Assembly: GCA_002011125.2 (NCBI GenBank)
Contig: MTMF02000009.1
Coordinates: 1,288,989 to 1,352,988 of the forward strand
Origin: Candidatus Hydrothermarchaeum profundi
GTDB lineage: Archaea; Hydrothermarchaeota; Hydrothermarchaeia; Hydrothermarchaeales; Hydrothermarchaeaceae
Reading direction: 5' to 3'
Length of the DNA stretch: 64,000 bases
Below the pieces are notes generated by a model. It saw only the letters and a program-made list of their open reading frames with translations. It searched no databases and was not told the origin of the DNA. Position numbers and translations under genes: made by a program. Positions 55,964 through 63,693 of this stretch are shown here, piece by piece (within the stretch, counting starts at the first letter, position 1; the number at the start of each line of letters is the position of its first letter).

Positions 55964-57408
55964 GCTATGTACTTTTGCTGCCTGAATTGTTGCTTGTTGT
56001 TGTTTCGTTAGGTATAGTTATATTAGGGTTATTCATGAAGAAAGAGCACAAAAAGATTTTAGGTTATCTTTCTATCTTAGCACTATTAGCTGCCTTATCA
56101 GTTGTTCTGGGGACTTTTAACATAAGTTCCACATTTTTATATAATGCTTTTGTGGTTGATAAGCTAGCACAGTTTTTCAATGTTTTATTCTTATCAGTTG
56201 GAATACTAGTATGTATCGCGTCTTTAAAGTACTATGAGAACCATCCAAATCAAGATGAATATTTCTCTCTGATACTTATGGCTACGGTTGGTATGATGAC
56301 TGTGGCAATGGCTAATGACCTTATAACTCTTTTTGTGGGATTCGAGTTGGCAAGTATCTCGACTTATATCTTAGCGGGCTTTGATAAAGACAAACGTACC
56401 TTAGAGGCGACTATGAAATATTTCATCATTGGAGCACTTTCGTCGTCACTTCTTCTATTTGGTATCTCACTCATATATGGATTGACGGGTTCTACTAATC
56501 TAACCGCTATCTCTACTACTCTTGTTTCTTCTCCTGTCGCTACAGTGGCGATGATTCTGATACTAGCGGGCTTTGGATTCAAGATGTCTCTAGTACCTTT
56601 CCATATGTGGGCTCCAGATACTTATGAAGGTGCGCCCTCTGTTGTATCAGCCTTCTTAGCCGCGGGATCTAAGAAGATGGGTTTCATAGCAGCCTTTAGG
56701 GTTTTCATAGTTGCCTTAGTTGCAATAAGACTGGAATGGTATCTTCCCTTTGCTATACTGGCGGTAATCACTATGACATTGGGAAACGTTGTTGCGATAG
56801 TTCAGGGAAACATAAAGCGTATGCTAGCATATTCAAGTGTTGCACATGCTGGTTATATAGCCATAGCTTTCGTTGTGGTTTCAAAATCACCTTTGGTAGC
56901 TCAGCAGGCTGTCGCAGGCGGAATTTTGCACGCTTTATCTCATGCTATAGCAACAGCTGGAGCTTTTCTCGTAACATCTTTCGTGGCATCCGTGATCCTT
57001 TTAAACGGAGGTAGTAGAGGCGAAGAAATTGAAAGTTATTCTGGTCTCGGAAGATCTGCTCCGATTACTGCGTTGATGATGGCCTTCTTGTTGGGTTCTC
57101 TTGCGGGGATTCCGCCCACTTTTGGATTTTACAGTAAGTTTGTTCTGTTTTTATCTGCTATTAGAGGAGACCTCCTATGGCTTGCTATTATAGCGGTTCT
57201 TAACTCTGCTTTATCAGTTTATTATTATATCCGGGTTGTAATGAAAATGTATTGGGGGGAGCCTATCGTAGGGAAAGTAGAGGAGCCTAAACATTATGTA
57301 GTCGCATTAGCGTTAGCAGCTCTGGGCGTTATAATATTAGGTGTTTATCCTTCTAAAATATATGACCTCGCTTTGTCAGCTGCTAATAACTTGCTAGGGG
57401 GTCTGTAA
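55960..57408 (+). CDS. nuoN: Complex I-like subunit N
   Basis: FKMS.VPFHMWAPD.YEGAP, KRMLAYSSVAHAG, GIPPT.GF..K. Confidence 0.95.
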   Translation: MSYVLLLPELLLVVVSLGIVILGLFMKKEHKKILGYLSILALLAALSVVLGTFNISSTFLYNAFVVDKLAQFFNVLFLSVGILVCIASLKYYENHPNQDEYFSLILMATVGMMTVAMANDLITLFVGFELASISTYILAGFDKDKRTLEATMKYFIIGALSSSLLLFGISLIYGLTGSTNLTAISTTLVSSPVATVAMILILAGFGFKMSLVPFHMWAPDTYEGAPSVVSAFLAAGSKKMGFIAAFRVFIVALVAIRLEWYLPFAILAVITMTLGNVVAIVQGNIKRMLAYSSVAHAGYIAIAFVVVSKSPLVAQQAVAGGILHALSHAIATAGAFLVTSFVASVILLNGGSRGEEIESYSGLGRSAPITALMMAFLLGSLAGIPPTFGFYSKFVLFLSAIRGDLLWLAIIAVLNSALSVYYYIRVVMKMYWGEPIVGKVEEPKHYVVALALAALGVIILGVYPSKIYDLALSAANNLLGGL

Positions 57409-57409
57409 A

Positions 57410-57826
57410 ATGCTTAAGGAGGCTTTCTATAGAAGGATGATAGATGCTAACACTCTTAGAGCACAATTTGAAACTATCTATGGCGACGTAGACCTAGTAG
57501 TAAACGTTCTGCAAAACTGTGTAAAATATGGTGAGAAACTTAAATCTATAGCAAAAAGGAAGGAAGACGAAGACATGGCAAACGCTGCTATTGAAAGTAA
57601 CACTGCAATGCTATCAGCTATAAAAGGCGAAATATCAGTTGCGGAATTCAAAAAGAAAATGTGGGAGCTTGAGGAACGTTATCCTGAGTATTTCCAAAGA
57701 GGAAGGAGGGATATAGGCACCTCGAAAGATAATGTGAAAGCCATAATTCATAGGATAGAGTATATGATAGATAGATATGATGTCAGGTATCCAAGCTATG
57801 ATCGACATAGGTGCAATGATGCCTAA
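57410..57826 (+). CDS. Hypothetical soluble protein at the end of the complex I-like operon
   Basis: 138 aa, starts 1 bp after the nuoN stop; helical, charged. Confidence 0.7.
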   Translation: MLKEAFYRRMIDANTLRAQFETIYGDVDLVVNVLQNCVKYGEKLKSIAKRKEDEDMANAAIESNTAMLSAIKGEISVAEFKKKMWELEERYPEYFQRGRRDIGTSKDNVKAIIHRIEYMIDRYDVRYPSYDRHRCNDA

Positions 57827-58097
57827 GGTGGTAGAGATGAGGGAACAGATTAAGGAATGTATTGAAGAGTTTGAAAAGGAAAAGACGGAGGTGGCAGCTG
57901 CTAGGCTTATCATATGTTTATATAATAACAAGGAAACTATTTACTGGGATGATGATCTAAAGAGGTTAAAATGCGCTGCAGAGGTTCATGATGAAAAGTG
58001 GGCTCCGTTAATGGAGGAGATAACTAAAGTCCTAGGGATAAAAAATAGGGATGAATACATTAAAATTAAAAACAAGTATAATTTAACGCAATACTAA
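57816..58097 (+). CDS. Hypothetical soluble protein at the end of the complex I-like operon
   Basis: Overlaps the previous stop; AGGTG SD; start refined. Confidence 0.7.
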   Translation: MMPKVVEMREQIKECIEEFEKEKTEVAAARLIICLYNNKETIYWDDDLKRLKCAAEVHDEKWAPLMEEITKVLGIKNRDEYIKIKNKYNLTQY

Positions 58098-58102
58098 TTT
58101 TT

Positions 58103-58315
58103 AGTGGGAGGGGTGCCTGCGGGGGCGTTACTAAAATAAGTATTTATCCCGCAGGCAAGTGGGAGGGAGATCTTTGCTTTTTTGTATAAGTGCTGTATAA
58201 ATCTTTCGGAAAGTGGGGAGGGGGCCTGTAAGACATTTAAAAATAGGTCTTTGTCTTACAGGCGTATGGGGAGGGTAATAATCCATGAAATTTATATCAT
58301 TTATAAATTTTTCCC
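58103..58315 (-). ncRNA. Tandem pair of candidate sRNA genes (TATA, CCCUCCC, hairpin, CCCUCCC)
   Basis: Stems 58114-58123/58148-58157 (10 bp) and 58224-58235/58252-58263 (12 bp), each flanked on both sides by TGGG(G)AGGG and each with a minus-strand BRE-TATA at similar spacing. Confidence 0.5.
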
Positions 58316-58356
58316 TATTTCTGGTTTTATTTTTAATGTAGTGATACTACTCTGAG

Positions 58357-59196
58357 TTATAAATTATTGTTTGAAAGGGCATTTAGCATTGTGGTAAACG
58401 TAAAAACGCAAAATTTTGAAATGTCCTTTTCGCTTATAATTCCAACGACTCTACCTCTATCTATAATTGGAAGCCGTCTAATATTGCGTATATTAAATAA
58501 TCTACTAGCATCTCTGATGGACTTTTGAGGTTCTATGGAAGTATGGAGAGGTGTATGTATAATACCTATCATTACATCCTCTGGTGGTAAGGCCTTAGCT
58601 ACGACTTTTTTCAATACATCTCTCTCAGTTGCGATGCCGTATTTCCCCTCTGCGACTTCAACAATTACTTCTCCTACTCCTTTTTCCTTCATTAGTTTAG
58701 AAGAGTCTAATACAGAGGTTTCGGGGTTTTCAATAATTGCATCATGCATGATCTGTGACACTTTACATTCAAGGCTTCTAGCATGTTCTTTACACGTCTC
58801 TGAAAGGATTTGTATGGACTCATCATACAGGAAGATATTGTATCTAGCGACATCTTTGTTGTCTAATATACCCACGATAGTTCCCTTATCTACTACTGGC
58901 AACCTTCTAATATCGTAAAGATTAAAAAGCTGACAGGCACGTCTAACGTCTCTCTGAGCCTCTATAGTACGTAGTTCAATGCTCATGATTTCTTCCGCTT
59001 TGGTTTGAAGGAAGTCTTTATTTTTAGATACTACCTTGTATAGAATATCTCGCTCTGTGACAATACCAAAATCTTTATCTCCGCGATCTACTAGTACAGC
59101 TCCAGCATTTCCTTCGTCCATCAGTTTAGCGACTTCTAGTACGGAGGCATAAGGTTTTACAACTATTGGGGGATACATTAGTTCTCTGATTTCCAT
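58357..59196 (-). CDS. Protein with four CBS domains
   Basis: Twice GI.TERD.L.KVV and IRRLP.. ..G..VGI. Confidence 0.92.
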   Translation of the reverse strand: MEIRELMYPPIVVKPYASVLEVAKLMDEGNAGAVLVDRGDKDFGIVTERDILYKVVSKNKDFLQTKAEEIMSIELRTIEAQRDVRRACQLFNLYDIRRLPVVDKGTIVGILDNKDVARYNIFLYDESIQILSETCKEHARSLECKVSQIMHDAIIENPETSVLDSSKLMKEKGVGEVIVEVAEGKYGIATERDVLKKVVAKALPPEDVMIGIIHTPLHTSIEPQKSIRDASRLFNIRNIRRLPIIDRGRVVGIISEKDISKFCVFTFTTMLNALSNNNL

Positions 59197-59404
59197 TATC
59201 TTCCCTTCTTACTCCTAGTATCAATTTAGATTATTAACATTCCGAAGAAATCAGGAATTTATCGAGTTAGATTTTTCAAAAAGTATATGGACTATATAAT
59301 TATTCAATAAATTGCTATATTTTATGAATTATAATACGAATATATGATGTATTATTGAATATCAGTACAAAAATTGTTTAAGTCATTAACTTTCTAGTAA
59401 GAAA

Positions 59405-59496
59405 TTAAAAAGGCAAAGGCGGGTGTCGCCCCCCTCACCTCTTGGTACACCTCCTAACTACCTCTTGTTTTTCCCGCCTTTGCCTTTACTCCTTTT
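59405..59496 (+). ncRNA. Candidate sRNA with three anti-SD-like motifs in a 49-nt loop
   Basis: Perfect 15-bp stem 59409-59423/59473-59487; loop has TCACCTC, ACACCTCC, CTACCTC. Confidence 0.5.
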
Positions 59497-59609
59497 ATAA
59501 GAGTCTAATTATAAAAATATTTTTTTAGCTGTGAGAGTAGTGTTGGGTATACTTCTATTTTTTCCCTATTTTTACGTTATGATTATAAATATAGATACAA
59601 ATTTATTTA

Positions 59610-59716
59610 GCATAGAGGCAATGGTGGGGACTGCTTTGGGGATACTCCTCTCCTTCCTCATATGTTCCTATTATAATTCTCCTACCGTTGCCTCCTCTCC
59701 TCTCCATCCTATTTTT
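59610..59716 (+). ncRNA. Candidate CU-rich sRNA
   Basis: TTATAAA at 59583; 14-bp stem 59615-59628/59681-59694 with two G-U pairs valid only on the plus strand; CUCCU repeats; T5 end. Confidence 0.45.
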
Positions 59717-59750
59717 GATTGAAGTTCAGATTTGTTAAGTTGATGAAAAG

Positions 59751-59823
59751 CGCCGCCGGTCAGACTCGAACTGACGACCACGTGGTTAACAGCCACGCGC
59801 TCTACCTACTGAGCTACGGCGGC
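59751..59823 (-). tRNA. tRNA-Asn(GTT)
   Basis: GCCGCCG/CGGCGGC acceptor stem, CGTGG-CTGTTAA-CCACG anticodon arm, TTCGAGT T loop. Confidence 0.95.
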
Positions 59824-59922
59824 ATATCTGTAGGACGTGAATTACCGTCTAAAAGTATCGACAATCGCACATTTCTAAATCTAGTGAAATAAAAATATTA
59901 CGATTACTTGACTATCATGCTA

Positions 59923-60321
59923 TTACTCTTTTTTTAGATAATAGTAGACAGTTGTTAAAGGTATTCCTAGCTCGTCGCTTATTTCCTTTGCAGAGTATCC
60001 CTTGTCTTCTAGCTCGTAAACTTTCTCAATCTTCCAATTAGGGTGTGATCTAGGCCTGCCAGGTGTGAGTAGAAAGGCTTCAAAATTTACTCCTATCTTT
60101 GCTAATGCTTCTCTTATTTTTTTTGGAGTCCTTTCATATAGGCTTGGGGGGCAGGTGATTGTTTTTACGTTTGGTGCGGCTGTCAGTATAGATGCCAGAA
60201 TATTTATCGTGGGTCTCACGCTTAGATGGACTTTCTTCGTGGTTTCATCTAACTTGCGGTTTATTTCTTCGATTAAGACATCTTTTTGACTAGACCTTAG
60301 TACTACTACTTCTTTCATCAT
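59923..60321 (-). CDS. DUF1699-like protein with C-terminal HTH
   Basis: VHLSVRPT...ITCPPSLY, GRPR, SAKEISDELGIPLTTVYYYL. Confidence 0.75.
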   Translation of the reverse strand: MMKEVVVLRSSQKDVLIEEINRKLDETTKKVHLSVRPTINILASILTAAPNVKTITCPPSLYERTPKKIREALAKIGVNFEAFLLTPGRPRSHPNWKIEKVYELEDKGYSAKEISDELGIPLTTVYYYLKKE

Positions 60322-62006
60322 CTCACCAGATCTAAAAACTGTTTTGCTTTATCTGATATCTTGATCTTTTTAATCTCCTCTAGTCCCTCTAGCTTCTCTA
60401 GTGGTATAACGTCTCTTCTCCCTAATCTTATGATGACTTTTAAAACTTCTTTTAGCTCTTCTACCTCACTGTTAACCACTCGAGCAGCCACTTCTAATGG
60501 CAGGTCTGACATTAGGTATAGTGCAATACCTCCTACCGCTCTGCTAGAGGTGACTTTTAGGTAGTCTTGTAGTATCTCCTCTATCTCAAATTTCTTGAAT
60601 ACAACTTTTGGGGCATCTTTGACTAATATTACGTGCTCATCGATAAATCTCCCTACAGCTGAGATTATTTCCTCGTCACTCAATATCTCTAATGCACTCT
60701 CTAATTGCTCTTTTTCGGGAACGGGCTGAAGTCCAGGGAATATACTGGCATATCTCCGCTCTCTGTATGGTTTTATTAGGAGAAATCTAAATATATCCCA
60801 GGCGAAAAGAGTCCTCGGGATTTTAATTAATGTATCTTTCCTTATTTTTTGCCTATACTCTACCGCCATTTCCAGTTCTGGATCCAGATTGCCATATTCG
60901 TCCATCAATCCTATCTTTTTGAGTTCTTCTTCAAACTCCAGCATAAGTTCTCGCCTTTCTTCTGTAATTCTGAAGTCTAATGATACGGAGGGTGATATCA
61001 CGCCGGCCATACGAGACTCCATTTTCTCCCGTAGGTGTTCATACTTTTTTAGCTTATTGAGATCTACTTTTTTGCTAAGTAAATAATCGAGAATCTCGCT
61101 TCTCTTTTCTTTTAATATTTTTGTATACGCTATTGCTAGAACTTGTCGGTTATATCTTCCGCTTACAAGTATTGATCGCTCATGGTGATACCTTATATGT
61201 TCAATTACAATCCTACCGTATTTTTCTCTGAGGATGGTTTCGTAGTCTAATTTTTTTCCTTTCCGGACAGTTACTTGTTCTTTTTTAATGATCCATTTTC
61301 CGTTTTCTGGTGCTCTAAAGGTTACGGTAGCGGACTTAATCCTTCCTTTTTTCTTTTCTCTCAATACTTCTATTAAGTCTCGATATGCCATTCTCTCGGT
61401 TGGAGTGAATTTGCTTATTTCTAGGGTAAATTCCCCCCCATAAGGTAAGTGTGGCAGGATCTCTAGTCTAAAGATCCCTAGATCATTTTCCTTTATACTT
61501 ATGTTTTTTGAGTTGCATTTTTGGCAAATATATCTGCCAGTTTCTTCTATTATCCTCGTAGCGTCTTTCCCTTTAGCTTCTCTACCACATCTGTTACATA
61601 CTAATTGTACAAACTCTTCTAGGTGGCCGACGGCAATGTTGTGCGAAGCGATCGCTGATTTAGTCCTTTCAAATGTGCCTTTTTTCAGAGAAGCATTGGC
61701 TCTAAAAAACATTTTATGGCGGGCTACATCTCTTTGGTCTTCTATATCCTCTCTTTTATAACCTCCTTTTTCAATCGGTGAACCATATCTCCCCATACCT
61801 AGTGCGAAGTAAGGGGAATCAAAACCCCTCAGTTCCATCTCATCTTTTAGCTCTTTAAGTTCGTCTAGATTCCTCTTTAAAGTGTAGTATAAGTTACTAA
61901 AATAGTCTGCATCTTTACGTAGTCTCGCTAAATCTATTTTGATCTCGGCAGATATCTCATCCAGAGTTTGTATTGCCCGGTTGACTAGGGGGGTAACTTC
62001 GGCCAT
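60318..62006 (-). CDS. DUF530-like protein with Zn ribbon
   Basis: ERTKSAIASH.IA.GHL, CNRC...CQKC, LPYGGEF, FPGL, GGIALYL; start refined to MAEVT. Confidence 0.7.
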   Translation of the reverse strand: MAEVTPLVNRAIQTLDEISAEIKIDLARLRKDADYFSNLYYTLKRNLDELKELKDEMELRGFDSPYFALGMGRYGSPIEKGGYKREDIEDQRDVARHKMFFRANASLKKGTFERTKSAIASHNIAVGHLEEFVQLVCNRCGREAKGKDATRIIEETGRYICQKCNSKNISIKENDLGIFRLEILPHLPYGGEFTLEISKFTPTERMAYRDLIEVLREKKKGRIKSATVTFRAPENGKWIIKKEQVTVRKGKKLDYETILREKYGRIVIEHIRYHHERSILVSGRYNRQVLAIAYTKILKEKRSEILDYLLSKKVDLNKLKKYEHLREKMESRMAGVISPSVSLDFRITEERRELMLEFEEELKKIGLMDEYGNLDPELEMAVEYRQKIRKDTLIKIPRTLFAWDIFRFLLIKPYRERRYASIFPGLQPVPEKEQLESALEILSDEEIISAVGRFIDEHVILVKDAPKVVFKKFEIEEILQDYLKVTSSRAVGGIALYLMSDLPLEVAARVVNSEVEELKEVLKVIIRLGRRDVIPLEKLEGLEEIKKIKISDKAKQFLDLVR

Positions 62007-62075
62007 TTCATCACCCAAAAAGAGGATGGGTATATTTTGCAAATATTTTTGTAGAGAAGGGTTATTTAAATCTTA

Positions 62076-62618
62076 TTACTTCCAAAGTGAAAAAGACTTT
62101 TCTTTAAGTTCTCTAGCTTTCCTTTGTAAAATCTTGTAAACTACTCCATGGGGTTTTCCTCTTGCTAGCATGAGTATAGCTTCTCTTGCAGCCTGCACTC
62201 TCTCTAGAGTGCCTACGATAGCAACGGTTTTGCCATATACACTCACGTCCGATCCGGTGCATTCTTCAATTATCTTTCTAGTCTTTCCGCCCTGACCAAT
62301 TATCCTCCCCTTCTGTCTTTTAAGTGCTTTAGGAGATTTTCCGACTATATCTTGCAGGTCTATTACTTCGAGTACGTATTCGTCGTGGCAAAGTTTCATT
62401 GCTTTTCTTGGATTAAATCCACGTCCAATTGCGGTGATGATATTCTTTGCCTTCCACTCGGCAAGTACATCTTCGCCCTTGTTCTGTATAGTGACGGTAC
62501 CCTCCTCATTGTCAACTGTAAGTTTAACATTTAATTTTTCTTCAATCTGTGATTTTACTTTACCTTCCTTTCCGATCAACACTCCTATTCTCTCAGAAGG
62601 TATCCTTATATACTCCAT
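62076..62618 (-). CDS. KH-domain rRNA processing protein (Dim2/Pno1-like)
   Basis: RIGVLIG..G, AIGRGF, KGRIIG..GKTR, G.PH..VY. Confidence 0.92.
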   Translation of the reverse strand: MEYIRIPSERIGVLIGKEGKVKSQIEEKLNVKLTVDNEEGTVTIQNKGEDVLAEWKAKNIITAIGRGFNPRKAMKLCHDEYVLEVIDLQDIVGKSPKALKRQKGRIIGQGGKTRKIIEECTGSDVSVYGKTVAIVGTLERVQAAREAILMLARGKPHGVVYKILQRKARELKEKSFSLWK

Positions 62619-63365
62619 TTAACATCCCTTCACATATTCTAGCGCTTTCTCAAAATCCTCCCCGAAAAATCTTGTAATATTGTATATGTCACGTCTTAAA
62701 AACTCCTCTGCCATTGGATGTTCTCTAATTACCGCAGCGGAGAAGTCTATGAGAATAGGTTCACTATCTTTCATTAAAATATTATACTCACTTAGATCTG
62801 CATGAACTAGGTTACATCCGCAGTAAAGCCTCTTTATATACTCAAGAATCTTATCGTAGACTGCTGTTGGTTTATCTAATTCTACTTCCTTTAGCATGGG
62901 ATAAGGATGCCCTCTCTTGCCTAGGAATTCCATTACCAGTACATTATTCCTAAAAGATACTGGCTTAGGTGCCGGTATACCGCACTCCATAGCTCGTTTA
63001 AGGTTCTTATACTCCTTCTTCACCCACGTATAAACTATACTTCGTCTATTTTTTTTGATACCTCGAAATCTAATATCTCCATCTATATATTTTAGCATTG
63101 AGCGATAGTCACTTGTTCCCACTAAATGTATCTTAACAGCTAGGTTTTTTCGGCCTTTTTTTCCTAGAAAGATATTAGATTCTTTGCCTGATTTTACTAC
63201 TCCGTAAAGGAGGTCTATCACACCTTTATTAGATAAATAATATAAGGAGAGTAATGTAGACTTATCGAATACTTCGTCATATATTTTGAAGTCTTCGACT
63301 CCTTTTATCTTCTTAAGCATGGAGTCGATTTTCTGGTCCAGTAAAGAGATTTTCTTCTCCAGCAC
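62619..63365 (-). CDS. rio1: RIO1 family serine kinase
   Basis: EVFD..TL, SGKES, W..KEYKNL, VHADLSEYNIL, IDF. Confidence 0.93.
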   Translation of the reverse strand: MLEKKISLLDQKIDSMLKKIKGVEDFKIYDEVFDKSTLLSLYYLSNKGVIDLLYGVVKSGKESNIFLGKKGRKNLAVKIHLVGTSDYRSMLKYIDGDIRFRGIKKNRRSIVYTWVKKEYKNLKRAMECGIPAPKPVSFRNNVLVMEFLGKRGHPYPMLKEVELDKPTAVYDKILEYIKRLYCGCNLVHADLSEYNILMKDSEPILIDFSAAVIREHPMAEEFLRRDIYNITRFFGEDFEKALEYVKGC

Positions 63366-63366
63366 A

Positions 63367-63654
63367 TTATAAGACTCCTTTGTTAATAAGCCGATTAACC
63401 TGCGGTTTAGTGTACCGCCAGACGATATCTCCTTTTTCTTCTCCTTGGACGTCCCATGGTTTGACTAGAACCACATCTCCTTCTCTAATCCATATCTTTC
63501 TCCTTATTTTTCCCGGTATCCTGCATATGCGTATTTTATCATCTTTGCACCGGACTTGCATTCTGCTTGCCCCAAGCATTCTTTCAACTATGCCAAACAC
63601 TTCGTCGTCTTTTGGCATTCTTAACCGTTTGAGTTCAGGTGCTTCTTCTACCAG
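63367..63654 (-). CDS. eif1a: Translation initiation factor aIF-1A, probable CTG start
   Basis: [33 protein letters not shown]; in-frame CTG 6 nt after GGAGGT adds [11 protein letters not shown] before the ATG at 63618. Confidence 0.9.
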   Translation of the reverse strand: MVEEAPELKRLRMPKDDEVFGIVERMLGASRMQVRCKDDKIRICRIPGKIRRKIWIREGDVVLVKPWDVQGEEKGDIVWRYTKPQVNRLINKGVL

Positions 63655-63693
63655 TAAAATACCTCCAAATTTGTTTAGAAACCTTTATCTATA

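Noticed and set aside
59531-59722. 63-aa hydrophobic ORF
   Set aside because: GTG start without SD, low-complexity translation, and it spans a TATA box and a structured hairpin better explained as non-coding
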